Source of the DNA: Candidatus Latescibacterota bacterium
Lineage (GTDB): Bacteria > Latescibacterota > UBA2968
DNA: 64,000 nt
Assembly: GCA_965214925.1 (NCBI GenBank)
Contig: OZ244028.1
Location: 3,710,058 to 3,774,057, forward strand
Direction: 5' to 3'
Position 1 is the stretch's first letter, and each line of letters opens with the position of its first letter. The translations under genes and the position numbers were made by a program. The notes under the pieces are model-generated. The model ran no database searches. It had not been told where the DNA came from and saw only the letters and a program-made list of their open reading frames with translations. This document shows positions 10,202 through 20,373 of the stretch, in pieces.

Positions 10202-11965
10202 CTAATCCCCCGTCTCAACGCCGATCGTCTCGTCATTGGATAATGCGTCGCGTACGCGCGCCCGAATCTCTGCGATTCTATGCATATTGAGCACCTCTTT
10301 GGCAAGTGCTCGAAGCCGATCAAAAGACACATCGCGAATGGCGCGTTTGACTTCGGGCAACGCCGATGGCGTCATCGAGAGTTTATCGACCCCCATGCCC
10401 ACCAGCAACAATCCAGAATGCGGGTTCCCCGCCATTTCACCGCACACAGTCACCGATATATTTTGCCCATGCGCCGCGTCGATCACGCCTTTGATCAATC
10501 GCAACACAGCCGGGTGAAATGGCTCAAATAAATACGCCACGAGATCATTGCCGCGATCAACCGCAAGCGTGTACTGAATCAGGTCATTGGTGCCCAGGCT
10601 AAAAAAATCAACTTCGCGCGCCAATTGATCGGCCACCAGCGCAGCAGAAGGTACTTCGATCATGGCCCCCACGGGACAAATGGGGTCAAAGGGCACGCCT
10701 TCTCGCGTCAGTTCACCGCGCACATCATCGAGCACAGCGAGCGCGTCGCGCAATTCTTCGACCCCCGAAATCAGCGGCAGCATCAATTTCACATTGCCGA
10801 CGGCACTCGCTTTTAAGATCGCCCGCAACTGCGTTTTGAACAGATCGCGGTGCCCCAGTGTCAGCCTGATGGAGCGCAACCCCAAAAAGGGATTCATTTC
10901 GGGCTGTGTATTGAGCGCGTGCGACATTTTATCGCCCCCCAGATCCAGGGTGCGAATCACGAGCGGGCGCGGCGCGATGCGCTCGGCCATTTGCGAATAC
11001 GCGGCGACCTGCGACGCCTCATCGGGCAAAATATTGCTGGCGAGATAGAGGTATTCCGTGCGGTATAGCCCAACGCCCTCCGCGCCGTAGGCCATGGCAG
11101 AATGCACCTCGTCGGACAATTCCACATTGGCCTGCAACGCCACGCGAACCCCATCTTTTGTCTCTGCGGGCAAATCCCGAGAATCGGCCAATCCAGCCTT
11201 GCGCGCCCTGAGTTTTTCAGATAGGTGGCGATAGTGCGCGAGCGTTTCCTCATCGGGGTTGAGAATAAAATGCCCGTGGCGACCATCGACAATCGCCACA
11301 TCGCCCATGCGCGCTTCAGACAGCACATGGGCAATGCTGACAACCGCGGGAATCTCTAACCCGCGCGCGAGGATGATCGCATGTGACGTGGGGCCTCCAA
11401 CCTCGGTGACGAGCCCCGAAACCCGATCGGGTTGCAGGTGCGCCATGTCGTCGGGCATCAAATCGCGCGCCACCACAATCGCCTTGTGGGGCAATCGGTC
11501 CAACCCGGCCTTTTCCCAATTGCACAATTTGGCCAAGACCCGCTTTTCAATGCCCAATAAATCAGCGCCGCGTTCTCTCAAATAATCATCTTGAATCGCT
11601 TCAAATTGACGACGCAGATGCTGGAAAGTCAGCCAAAAAGCGTATTCGGCATTGTACGCCTCGTTCCGAATGCGCGCAACCGTGGGGTCGAGCAGCGCGG
11701 CATCTTGCAAAATGAGCAGATGGGCATCGAAAATTTGCGCGTGTTCTTTGCCGAGCATGTCCTCGACGTGCGCCCGCGTGGCCGAGAAATCCTCGGCCAC
11801 GGCCGCGATTGCATCTCGTAGTCGCGCTTCTTCTGCGGGAATATCGCGAGAATGGACCCGGCGTTGATCCACGAGAAACTCTTCGGGATCGTACAGGTAC
11901 ACGGGGCCAATCGCAATGCCGGGAGAAGCTGGTATGCCCCTAAAATATTTCATAAGTTCAGTCAA
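10202..11965 (-). CDS. ptsI: phosphoenolpyruvate-protein phosphotransferase (PTS enzyme I)
   Basis: Active-site His region '[20 protein letters not shown]' and PEP-utiliser C-terminal domain '[15 protein letters not shown]'. Confidence 0.95.
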   Translation of the reverse strand: MTELMKYFRGIPASPGIAIGPVYLYDPEEFLVDQRRVHSRDIPAEEARLRDAIAAVAEDFSATRAHVEDMLGKEHAQIFDAHLLILQDAALLDPTVARIRNEAYNAEYAFWLTFQHLRRQFEAIQDDYLRERGADLLGIEKRVLAKLCNWEKAGLDRLPHKAIVVARDLMPDDMAHLQPDRVSGLVTEVGGPTSHAIILARGLEIPAVVSIAHVLSEARMGDVAIVDGRHGHFILNPDEETLAHYRHLSEKLRARKAGLADSRDLPAETKDGVRVALQANVELSDEVHSAMAYGAEGVGLYRTEYLYLASNILPDEASQVAAYSQMAERIAPRPLVIRTLDLGGDKMSHALNTQPEMNPFLGLRSIRLTLGHRDLFKTQLRAILKASAVGNVKLMLPLISGVEELRDALAVLDDVRGELTREGVPFDPICPVGAMIEVPSAALVADQLAREVDFFSLGTNDLIQYTLAVDRGNDLVAYLFEPFHPAVLRLIKGVIDAAHGQNISVTVCGEMAGNPHSGLLLVGMGVDKLSMTPSALPEVKRAIRDVSFDRLRALAKEVLNMHRIAEIRARVRDALSNDETIGVETGD

Positions 11966-12218
11966 ATTTCGACTCGATCATTTCGACGATGTGATCCACC
12001 GCATCGCGCGCATCTTCTCCTTCCGCCCGCACCGTGATCATAGAACCCTCTTCTGCAGCCAACATCATCACGCCCATAATGCTCTTGCCGTTGATCGCGA
12101 GGCCATCTTTTTTTAATATAATTTCAGAAGTAAATTTGGCTGCTGCCTGCACCAGCAAAGCCGCAGGTCTCGCGTGAATGCCCAGTTTATTTTTTACTTT
12201 GGCCCGTTGTTCTGGCAT
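11958..12218 (-). CDS. ptsH: phosphocarrier protein HPr
   Basis: 'KVKNKLGIHARPAALLVQ' contains His15, and 'KSIMGVMMLAA' is the Ser46 region. The start is at the internal ATG, giving about 86 aa. The gene overlaps the ptsI start by 8 nt. Confidence 0.9.
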   Translation of the reverse strand: MPEQRAKVKNKLGIHARPAALLVQAAAKFTSEIILKKDGLAINGKSIMGVMMLAAEEGSMITVRAEGEDARDAVDHIVEMIESKFD

Positions 12219-12270
12219 AAAGTATGTCACCCGTGAAAAATTTGAAAAACTTTTAACGTCAATCATGCAG

Positions 12271-13161
12271 TCACTCTTCAGCGATCAGGTGCAAAACCTG
12301 ATCTTCCCCGTAAATATGGCCGGCACCGCCGGCTTTTGCACACGTCAATGCCGCGCTGGCACTGGCAAATTGCACGCTGCGCGTCAGCGTCCACCCCTGT
12401 AAATACCCGTAAATGAGCCCGGCGCGAAACGCGTCGCCCGCGCCGGTTGTATCGCGCGCCGCAACCGGGTACGCGCGCTGTTCAAAACTGTTGCCATTTT
12501 CCTGAAAAACTTGACATCCCAGTTTTCCCTTGGTCATCACCACGGTTTCTACACCGGCCTTCAAAAGTCCAACCGCCACATCCGAGGGCATCCCCATCCT
12601 GTGTCGGCGCATAAATCCGGCAGAATTGATCACCACATCGCAGAATTTTGCAAGCGGATGATCGGACATCAATTCAATTGCAAACACCGTCACATCGCAT
12701 GCCCGCGCGATTTCCGCTGCTCGCACCGCGTTTTCACCCAAAAAGGGATCGACCGACAACAGGGTAATGCCGTCGAGATCCGCCTCGGTCAGGGGGCGGC
12801 TTCGCACATCGGGGAAATGCCCACAAATCGTTCGCCCGCCGTTGACATCAGACAGGATAACCGCGTGCCCAGTGCGAACGCTCGGGTCCACATCAAGCCT
12901 GCGAATATCCACGTCAAATTGACGCATGGCGCGCACAAAAAACGCGCCCCTGCGGTCGTCTCCAATCGCACACCCCATCAACCGCACATCAATGCCCAAC
13001 CCGCTCAGCGTCACCGCGGTATTGGTCGCTTCTCCACCGACAAATTCTTCGTCGCGCAACGCGCGCGTGTGCCCATTGCGCTCGGGAAACCACGCCACTT
13101 GCACGATTTGATCAATCCCCAGTACACCGTAACACAATACTGCGCTAGATGAAATAGCCAT
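12271..13161 (-). CDS. PfkB-family carbohydrate kinase (ribokinase-like)
   Basis: C-terminal signature 'DTTGAGDAFRAGLIYG' and N-terminal 'VLCYGVLGIDQIV'. The start is ambiguous and the ORF extends to 13206. Confidence 0.8.
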   Translation of the reverse strand: MAISSSAVLCYGVLGIDQIVQVAWFPERNGHTRALRDEEFVGGEATNTAVTLSGLGIDVRLMGCAIGDDRRGAFFVRAMRQFDVDIRRLDVDPSVRTGHAVILSDVNGGRTICGHFPDVRSRPLTEADLDGITLLSVDPFLGENAVRAAEIARACDVTVFAIELMSDHPLAKFCDVVINSAGFMRRHRMGMPSDVAVGLLKAGVETVVMTKGKLGCQVFQENGNSFEQRAYPVAARDTTGAGDAFRAGLIYGYLQGWTLTRSVQFASASAALTCAKAGGAGHIYGEDQVLHLIAEE

Positions 13162-13230
13162 AACAATACACTCACACAAAAAAACCGCCGGCAAAGACGG
13201 TAACAATCTACCATGATCAACAAAATGAAC

Positions 13231-13980
13231 TCAGTCGAGATAGTGAATTGCAGAAGCAAACGCGCCAATCAGCGCGGCATCCCAATCCATTTCTTCAAAA
13301 ACACTGCCAACCACCACAAAAGACGCGCCCAGTGCGACCCGTTTTGCAGCGGCTTTGGGATCGCGAATGCCGCCACCAACAAAGATCGGAATCGATACAT
13401 AGTCACAGACCGCTTGCACCATTTCTTCGGGCACCATCAACTCCGGCCCGCTGCCGGCATCCAAATACACGCATTGCATGCCCAGATATTCGGCAGCCAG
13501 CGCGTGCGCCATTGCAATCTCGGGTTTGTCGCGCGGCAAGGGACGGGTGTTGCTCACGTATTCGGTCGTGGTCTGCTGCCCCGCATCCACGAGCGCGTAG
13601 CCAGTTGCAATGGCTTCTAAGCCGCGCGCTTTTAAAATGGGCGCGGCCTTGACGTGTTGCCCAATCAGCAACTCGGGATTGCGTCCACTGATGAGCGACA
13701 AAAATAGAATCGCGTCGGCTGCCGCTGAAATCTGGTTGGTATCGCCGGGGAAAATAATCACCGGCACATTGACGGCTCGCACGACCTCGTGTACCATGCG
13801 ATCAAAATTGGTCGAAAACAAAAAACTCCCGCCAATCAGAATGGCATCTGCTCCCTGTGCTTCGCAAATAGAAGCCGTGCGCTGCAGATCTTTCTTGTCG
13901 AGCCTGTCGGGATCCAGATAGGGCAAAAATCCCGCCCCGCGGCGATTGCGAATAGCCACCAACTGTTCAAATATCGACAT
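13231..13980 (-). CDS. (gerany)geranylglyceryl / heptaprenylglyceryl phosphate synthase family protein (PcrB/GGGPS)
   Basis: 249 aa TIM-barrel pattern: 'LDPDR...AICEAQGADAILIGGS', 'VPVIIFPGD', 'SLISGRNPE', 'YLDAGSG' and 'IPIFVGGGIRD', as in PcrB/GGGPS proteins. Confidence 0.8.
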   Translation of the reverse strand: MSIFEQLVAIRNRRGAGFLPYLDPDRLDKKDLQRTASICEAQGADAILIGGSFLFSTNFDRMVHEVVRAVNVPVIIFPGDTNQISAAADAILFLSLISGRNPELLIGQHVKAAPILKARGLEAIATGYALVDAGQQTTTEYVSNTRPLPRDKPEIAMAHALAAEYLGMQCVYLDAGSGPELMVPEEMVQAVCDYVSIPIFVGGGIRDPKAAAKRVALGASFVVVGSVFEEMDWDAALIGAFASAIHYLD

Positions 13981-13988
13981 CGAGGTGC

Positions 13989-16598
13989 CTACCCTCCCAC
14001 CTGCGCGCGAATGATGTTGGGCACTTGCGCCAAAGCCTCTGCGATCTTTTCGGGATATTTGCCGCCGGCCTGTGCCAGATGGGGCCGACCGCCTCCGCCT
14101 CCGCCAATGATTTGCGCGACGGCTTTGACCACATCGCCGGCCTGCACCCCCTGACCGATCAGATCATCTGTCACCACCGCCAGGAGCGAGGCTTTGCCAT
14201 TTAAGTTCGCGCCAATCACGCCAACTCCTCCCGTGCCCAAGGCGTGGCGCAACCCGTCTCCCAGCGTGCGAAATCCGTCCATATCGGGCGGCGAGACTTC
14301 GGCTGCAACGACGCGCACCCCATTCACATTCAAGGCATTGCCCACCAGCACATCCATCTCGGAACCGGCGTGCTGGCGTCGCAAATTTTGCAACTCGCGC
14401 TCGAGCGCGCGATTGCGCGCCTGCAAGCGCGCCACCTTGTCCGGCAATTCCGATGGTTGCGCGCTTAGCTGTGACGCGAGATCGGCCAAAATTTTCCTTT
14501 GCTGGCGCACGAGGGCTTCTACACCCGGCCCGGTGATCGCCTCAATGCGCCGCACCCCCGCGGCTATGCCCGTCTCCTGCATGAGTTGAAACAGCCCGAT
14601 TTGCCCCGTGCTTTGCACATGCGTTCCTCCGCATAACTCCATGCTGAAGTCTCCCACGCGCACCACGCGCACCACATCGCCATATTTTTCGCCAAACAGC
14701 ATTATCGCGCCCATTTCCACCGCGCAGTCCAATGGAGCAAAGGAAATATCCACGGCCCAATCCCGCCTGACCGCATCATTGACAATCCCCACAATGTCGT
14801 CTAATTGTGCAGGCCCCACACCTTCAAAATGCGTAAAATCAAACCGCAGCCGATCGGGGGCAACCAGCGAGCCGGCCTGATGGGCGTGATCGCCCAATAC
14901 CTTGCGTAAAGCGCGGTGCAATAGATGCGTGGCCGTGTGGTTGCGCGCGGTGTTCAAACGGGTTTCCGCATTGACAGACGCCACGACATCCATGCCCACG
15001 AGGCCTTTGGTTTGCCCATCGCACAGGCGACCGCGATGGACAATGGCTTCTCCCGCCTTGAATGTGGTCTCGACGTCAAAGCGCACGCCTTCGCCCACGA
15101 ATTTGCCCCTATCCCCAACTTGCCCGCCCGATTCCGCGTAAAATGGCGTGATATCCAGGTAGAGATCCAGCATTCCATCTCGCGCGGGTCGATAGGCAAC
15201 CACGCGCGAATTGGACGCAAGCGTTTCGTATCCCACAAATTCCGAATGCTTTTGCGGCAAGTGCTGTGCTTGCGGTGCAAACACCTTTTTGCCCGCCTTG
15301 CGAGACCGCGCCTGCTGTTCTGCCATGCGCGCTTCAAAACCCGCCTCGTCGACCTCAAGGCCCTTTTCAGTTGCCATCAACCGCGTTAAATCCAGGGGAA
15401 ATCCATAGGTATCGTACAAGCGAAAGGCATCCGCGCCGGAAATGTGCCCTTTCGCGCACATCGCTTCAAAAATTTCCAAGCCGCGATCCAGTGTTTTGCC
15501 AAAGCTCTCTTCCTCGGCCCGAATCACGCGGGCAATGTGATCGCGCTTTTCTGCCACCTCGGGAAATGCAGCCTCCATTTCATGCACAACGGTCTGTGCG
15601 AGTCGAAAAATAAAGGGCTCGTGCATCTCCAACGTGCGCCCAAACCGCGCGGCGCGGCGCAAAATCCGCCGCAAAACATAGCCCCGGCCTTCGTTGGATG
15701 GCAACGCGCCATCTGCTATCGCAAAGGTTAGGGTGCGTATGTGATCCGCGATCACGCGCATCGGCACCCAGTGGTCTTCGCGATAGGGTTTTCGGGTAAG
15801 TTCGCTGATGGCGGCAATAATGGGCAAAAACACATCCGTATCGTACGTGGTTTTCACGTCCTGCAAAATCGCGCAAACCCGCTCGAACCCCATGCCCGTA
15901 TCCACATGCTGATCGGGCAAAGGTGCCAGGCTGCCATCCGCGTTGCGATTGTACTGAATAAAGACCAGATTCCAGATTTCGACATAATCCGGCGCGTCTA
16001 GGTTGGGCGCGGCATCCTGGCGTGAGGGATCATCGCCGAGATAATAGTGTATTTCAGAACACGGGCCGCAAGGCCCCGTATTTCCCATTTCCCAGAAATT
16101 GTCTTCCTTGCCCAACCGCAGCACGCGATTGGCGGGCAAATCCGTCGCGCGCGACCAGAGGGCTTCTGCCTCCACATCGGCCTCTAATCCATCGACCTCA
16201 TCGCCGCCAAACACCGTTGCCCACATGCGATCTTTTGGCAACTGCCACACATCGGTGAGCAACTCCCACGCCCATGCAATGGCTTCTTTTTTGAAGTAGT
16301 CGCCAAACGACCAGTTGCCCAACATCTCGAAAAACGTGTGGTGGTTGGGGCTAAATCCCACTTCTTCCAGATCGTTGTGTTTGCCCGAAACCCGCAAACA
16401 CTTCTGCGTATCCACCGCTCGCGAATAAGGCCGACGCCCGGTGCCCAAAAACACATCCTTAAACTGATTCATTCCCGCGTTGGTAAACAACAACGTGGGA
16501 TCGCCTTGCGGCACGACGGGCGCACTGGGCACCCGCGTATGGCCCTTGGATTCAAAAAACGCCTGAAACTCTTCGCGAATTTGTGCAGCAGTCTTCAT
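13989..16598 (-). CDS. alaS: alanine--tRNA ligase
   Basis: 869 aa. 'FFESKGHTRVPSAPVVP', 'FTNAGMNQFKDVFLG', the editing-domain 'HTATHLLH' and the C-terminal DHHA1-like 'GGGGGRPHLAQAGG'. Confidence 0.97.
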   Translation of the reverse strand: MKTAAQIREEFQAFFESKGHTRVPSAPVVPQGDPTLLFTNAGMNQFKDVFLGTGRRPYSRAVDTQKCLRVSGKHNDLEEVGFSPNHHTFFEMLGNWSFGDYFKKEAIAWAWELLTDVWQLPKDRMWATVFGGDEVDGLEADVEAEALWSRATDLPANRVLRLGKEDNFWEMGNTGPCGPCSEIHYYLGDDPSRQDAAPNLDAPDYVEIWNLVFIQYNRNADGSLAPLPDQHVDTGMGFERVCAILQDVKTTYDTDVFLPIIAAISELTRKPYREDHWVPMRVIADHIRTLTFAIADGALPSNEGRGYVLRRILRRAARFGRTLEMHEPFIFRLAQTVVHEMEAAFPEVAEKRDHIARVIRAEEESFGKTLDRGLEIFEAMCAKGHISGADAFRLYDTYGFPLDLTRLMATEKGLEVDEAGFEARMAEQQARSRKAGKKVFAPQAQHLPQKHSEFVGYETLASNSRVVAYRPARDGMLDLYLDITPFYAESGGQVGDRGKFVGEGVRFDVETTFKAGEAIVHRGRLCDGQTKGLVGMDVVASVNAETRLNTARNHTATHLLHRALRKVLGDHAHQAGSLVAPDRLRFDFTHFEGVGPAQLDDIVGIVNDAVRRDWAVDISFAPLDCAVEMGAIMLFGEKYGDVVRVVRVGDFSMELCGGTHVQSTGQIGLFQLMQETGIAAGVRRIEAITGPGVEALVRQQRKILADLASQLSAQPSELPDKVARLQARNRALERELQNLRRQHAGSEMDVLVGNALNVNGVRVVAAEVSPPDMDGFRTLGDGLRHALGTGGVGVIGANLNGKASLLAVVTDDLIGQGVQAGDVVKAVAQIIGGGGGGRPHLAQAGGKYPEKIAEALAQVPNIIRAQVGG

Positions 16599-17122
16599 CT
16601 CGTGTGCAACCCTTCTTCATTCTCTATGGTAGTCCACACTTTTTGAACGACATCCCGAACAACCGAAGCCTCAAATCCCCTGCGCTCCAAAAACCCGTAC
16701 ATCCGCCCCATCGCGCGCGCGCGAGACAATCCCCGGTAGCGATTTGCCCTTCGCATCATCAGATCGAGTGCAACATCTTCAACATCAACATCTGCAAATA
16801 CATCGTCCAAAATGAGATCGATCACCCCCGCCGCAACGCCCCGACGCGCGAGGTCGCGCGCAAGTGCCACGCGCCCCGCAGGACGCAACCGCAGCCGCTG
16901 TGCAACAAATTGACGCGCAAACAACGCATCGTCAACCAGATCGAGACGTTCGAGCGTCAATAGCGTCTCGTCAATCGCGCCTTGTGCATATCCTCGGGCG
17001 GCGAGTTTGTCGCGAATTTCCTTTTGGGTATAAGCCCGATTGCCCAGCAGGCGGAGTGCATACGCCTTGGCTTTTGCAGCGGCTTCATCGGTCTCGAACA
17101 GCGCGGCAGGCTCTAATTTCAC
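16595..17122 (-). CDS. recX: recombination regulator RecX
   Basis: 175-aa three-repeat helical protein with 'RAYTQKEIRDKLAARGY' and 'VDDALFARQFV'. 4-nt overlap with alaS. Confidence 0.85.
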   Translation of the reverse strand: MKLEPAALFETDEAAAKAKAYALRLLGNRAYTQKEIRDKLAARGYAQGAIDETLLTLERLDLVDDALFARQFVAQRLRLRPAGRVALARDLARRGVAAGVIDLILDDVFADVDVEDVALDLMMRRANRYRGLSRARAMGRMYGFLERRGFEASVVRDVVQKVWTTIENEEGLHTR

Positions 17123-17227
17123 GGCAAATTCTCACAAAAAAAGAACAACAGAGCAGGTATTAAAATAGGCAAACCCACTCTGTTGTCAAAGCCTAAAATG
17201 CGGTTTCTTTCTCATATTTCCCGTGCG

Positions 17228-20173
17228 TTATTGTCCGGCACTCGTGTACGCATAGATCTTATCATCCGCGTCATCAACCACATAGAATAGGTTGTTGGCA
17301 TAGGTAATCCCAAACGGATCGCCGTTGTTGCTGTCCAGATCGAAGTCGGCATCCGAATCGCGCTGCCCAGCACTCGTGTACACATAGACCTTTGCATCCG
17401 CGTTATCAACCACATAGAATCGGTTGTTGGCATAGGTAATCCCAAACGGATCACCGTTGTTGCTGTCCAGATCGAAGTCGGCATCCGAATCGCGCTGCCC
17501 AGCACTCGTGTACGCATAGACCTTTGCATTCAACAAATCAACCACATAGAATCGATTGTTGGCATAGGTAATACTCGCCGGAGTACTGTTGTTGCTGTCC
17601 AGATCGAAGTCGGCATCCGAATCGCGCTGCCCAGCACTCGTGTACGCATAGACCTTTTCATCCCCCCGATCAAACACATTTCCCCGATCAAGCACATAGA
17701 ATCGGTTGTTGGCATAGATAATAGCTTCCGGATCACCGTTGTTGCTGTCCAGATCGAAGTCGGCATCCGAATCGCGCTGCCTAGCACTCGTGTACGCATA
17801 GACCTTATCATCCCTGTAATCAACCACATAGAATCGGTTGTTGGCATAGGTGATACCTTTCGGATCACGATTGTTGCTGTCCAGATCAAAGTTTGCAGTC
17901 GAGACACGCACCCCATCCGAGCAGTTGTTATCGGTATTGCTCTCACCACTGACGCTTTGGACACACGCACCGTAGTAGTATATTCCCCCACCCGGTGGCG
18001 CATTCAAGTCAATTGACTGGTCACTCGTGCCTCCCGCATTGAGACTGCCTATGGCACCTGTGCCAACCTCTGTATCACCCGTTGTGATCGTCGCATCGGT
18101 CGAGCGATAGTAGCGCAAGGGCACCGCTGCCGAAGAACCCGCGCCTTGGTTGCGCACTGTAGCACTCAAACTGAAGGACTCGTCGGGATTCGGGCTGTTA
18201 TTACTCACCGAAGGCGATTCAACAATTAGATCGGGACTTGGGTCGGAACTCGTGTACCAATAGACCTTTGCATCATCCACATCAACCACATAGAATCGGT
18301 TGTTGGCATAGGTGATACCCGCCGGAGAACTGCTAGCCAAATCGAAGTCCACAGCCGAAATACGCTGCCCGGCACTCGTGTACACATAGACCTTATCATC
18401 CGCGTCATCAACCACATAGAATAGGTTGTTGGCATAGGTGATACCATCCGGAGAACTGTTAGCCAGATCGAATTCTGTAGCCGGATCCCGCTGCCCGGCA
18501 TTCCCGTACACATAGACCTTTGCATCTGAAAAATCAGACACATAGAATCGGTTGTTGGCATAGGCGATACCCGACGCATCATCGTTGTTGCTATGCAGAT
18601 CGAAGTCCGCTGTTGGATCCCGCTGCCCGTCACTCCCGTATCCATAGACCTTTGCATCATCCACATCAACCACATAGAATCGGTTGTCGGCATAGGTAAT
18701 ACCCGCCGGAGAACTGCTAGCCAGATCGAAGTCCACAGCCGAATCCCGCTGCCCGGCATTCGTGTACGCATAGACCTTTTCACCCCTGAAGCTACCCTCT
18801 ACATTAAGCACATAGAATCGGTTGTTGGCATAGGTGATATCCTGTGGATTGTTGTTGCTATGCAGATCGAATTCTGCAGCCGAATCCCGCTGCCCGGCAT
18901 TCCCGTACACATAGACCTTTGTATTCAACACATCGACCACATAGAATCGGTCGTTGGCATAGGTGATACCCGCCGGAGAACTGTTAGCCAGATCGAAATC
19001 CACAGCCGAATCCCGCTGCCCGGCATTCGTGTACGCATAGACCTTATCATCCGCGTCATCAACCACATAGAATCGGTTGTTGGCATAGGTGATGCCCGCC
19101 GGAGAACTGCTGGCCAGATCGAAGTCTGCTGTTGCATCCCGCTGCCCGGCATTCGTGTACGCATAGACCTTATCATCCGCGTCATCAACCACATAGAATC
19201 GGTTGTTGGCATAGGTAATACCCGCCGGAGAACTGCTGGCCAGATTGAAGTCTGCTGTTGCATCCCGCTGCCCGGCATTCGTGTACGCATAGACCTTATC
19301 ATCCGCGTCATCAACCACATAGAATCGGTTGTTGGCATAGGTGATGCCCGCCGGAGAACTGCTAGCCAGATTGAAGTCTGCTGTTGCATCCCGCTGCCCG
19401 GCATTCCCGTATCCATAGGCCCTTGTGTCATCCCGATCAAGCACATAGAATCGGTCGTTGACATAGATAATATCCTGCGGATTGTTGTTGCTATCCAGAT
19501 CGAAGGACGTCCCACCATTGCCACCACCTTGACCGCCATCGCTGACCGTGACACGCACCCCATCCGAGCAGTTGTTATCGGTATTGCTCTCACCACTGAC
19601 GCTTTGGACACACGCACCGTAGTAGTATATTCCCCCACCCGGTGGCGCATTCAAGTCAATTGACTGGTCACTCGTGCCTCCCGCATTGAGACTGCCTATA
19701 GCACCTGTGCCAACCTCTGTATCACTCGCTGCGATCGTCGCGTCGGTCGAGCGGTAATACGTCAGCGTCGTCTCAGTGGCTTGTTCACGCCCCTGGTTGC
19801 GTACCGTCGCATTTAGCGTGAACATCTGCCCAAGCGTCAGCGTGCTATCGCTCACCGAAGGCACAGTAACAATGAGATCAGAGCTACCACCTCCACCACC
19901 GCTAGAGGCAGATGTGCCAAAGGCATTGGCAAAGATCAAAAAATCGCCAAAACCTATCGCACCATCCCCGTCTAGATCGGCCCGGGCATTATATCTGGCG
20001 TCACCTTGACTTGCCCCAAACAAACTTGCAAATAACAAAAAATCCGCAAAGCCAACCATCCCATCGCCATCAAGATCTGCTGCATTGGGATCAGCAGAGG
20101 CTTGACCCGCGCATAGCAACAACGCAAGGGCAGTAATAAACGGCATACCTTTGTTGAAAAATATTCGCAACAT
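17228..20173 (-). CDS. secreted repeat protein: dockerin-like Ca-binding repeats + 2 CARDB-like domains + 15 x ~42-aa propeller-type repeats
   Basis: Signal peptide 'LLCAGQASA|DP' and two 'DLDGDGxxGFxDFLxFA' dockerin/EF-hand repeats. There are two near-identical CARDB-like segments ('ATVRNQG...YYRSTDATI...YYYGACV'). Repeats of 'DFDLxSSSPAGITYANNRFYVVDDADDKVYAYTNAGQRD' occur as 10 + 5 copies. Confidence 0.85.
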   Translation of the reverse strand: MLRIFFNKGMPFITALALLLCAGQASADPNAADLDGDGMVGFADFLLFASLFGASQGDARYNARADLDGDGAIGFGDFLIFANAFGTSASSGGGGGSSDLIVTVPSVSDSTLTLGQMFTLNATVRNQGREQATETTLTYYRSTDATIAASDTEVGTGAIGSLNAGGTSDQSIDLNAPPGGGIYYYGACVQSVSGESNTDNNCSDGVRVTVSDGGQGGGNGGTSFDLDSNNNPQDIIYVNDRFYVLDRDDTRAYGYGNAGQRDATADFNLASSSPAGITYANNRFYVVDDADDKVYAYTNAGQRDATADFNLASSSPAGITYANNRFYVVDDADDKVYAYTNAGQRDATADFDLASSSPAGITYANNRFYVVDDADDKVYAYTNAGQRDSAVDFDLANSSPAGITYANDRFYVVDVLNTKVYVYGNAGQRDSAAEFDLHSNNNPQDITYANNRFYVLNVEGSFRGEKVYAYTNAGQRDSAVDFDLASSSPAGITYADNRFYVVDVDDAKVYGYGSDGQRDPTADFDLHSNNDDASGIAYANNRFYVSDFSDAKVYVYGNAGQRDPATEFDLANSSPDGITYANNLFYVVDDADDKVYVYTSAGQRISAVDFDLASSSPAGITYANNRFYVVDVDDAKVYWYTSSDPSPDLIVESPSVSNNSPNPDESFSLSATVRNQGAGSSAAVPLRYYRSTDATITTGDTEVGTGAIGSLNAGGTSDQSIDLNAPPGGGIYYYGACVQSVSGESNTDNNCSDGVRVSTANFDLDSNNRDPKGITYANNRFYVVDYRDDKVYAYTSARQRDSDADFDLDSNNGDPEAIIYANNRFYVLDRGNVFDRGDEKVYAYTSAGQRDSDADFDLDSNNSTPASITYANNRFYVVDLLNAKVYAYTSAGQRDSDADFDLDSNNGDPFGITYANNRFYVVDNADAKVYVYTSAGQRDSDADFDLDSNNGDPFGITYANNLFYVVDDADDKIYAYTSAGQ
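17231..17893 (-). repeat. intragenic tandem repeat block B (5 copies, ~126-150 nt period)
   Basis: Encodes aa 761-981 of the repeat protein. Units of the 'DFDLDSNNGDPxGITYANNRFYVVD...KVYAYTSAGQRDSDA' type. Confidence 0.85.
17904..18110 (-). repeat. long direct repeat copy 1 (CARDB-like segment)
   Basis: 149 nt are identical to 19551-19699, followed by near-identity for about 50 more nt. Confidence 0.9.
18242..19504 (-). repeat. intragenic tandem repeat block A (10 copies, 126-nt period; three copies near-identical at DNA level around 19020-19400)
   Basis: Encodes aa 224-644. The units starting near 19021, 19147 and 19273 differ at only a few positions. Confidence 0.85.
19551..19757 (-). repeat. 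long direct repeat copy 2 (CARDB-like segment)
   Basis: Partner of 17904-18110, 1647 nt away within the same gene. Confidence 0.9.
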
Positions 20174-20373
20174 ACTTCTCTCACTTTTCCTGAAGGAGAA
20201 TTTATCAAAAGATGAAGTCGCTGCACGCCGCAGGCATAATCAACGCCAAAAAAAAGATGAAATTGTCACCAACACTTTCGACAAGCAAGGCAATATTATT
20301 CTCAGTTTTTTCGAAAGCGGGCGTAACATCAGTCATAATATAAATTAGAGCGTGTTGAGCTGCCAACAACGTA

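Noticed and set aside
10202-13206. ptsI-ptsH followed by a PfkB kinase without any EII component, as a possible regulatory PTS
   Set aside because: EII genes may simply lie outside the window, and nothing in the sequence itself is unusual.
17212-19650. Alternative-frame minus-strand ORFs inside the repeat gene (17212-17529, 17530-18003, 18226-18783, 18925-19650), and the idea that the 126-nt periodic repeats might be a CRISPR array
   Set aside because: The repeats are contiguous with no unique spacers, and they maintain one long open frame encoding a coherent repeat protein. The other frames give 'MRTRVLGSAIRMPTSIW'-type repeats that are merely by-products.
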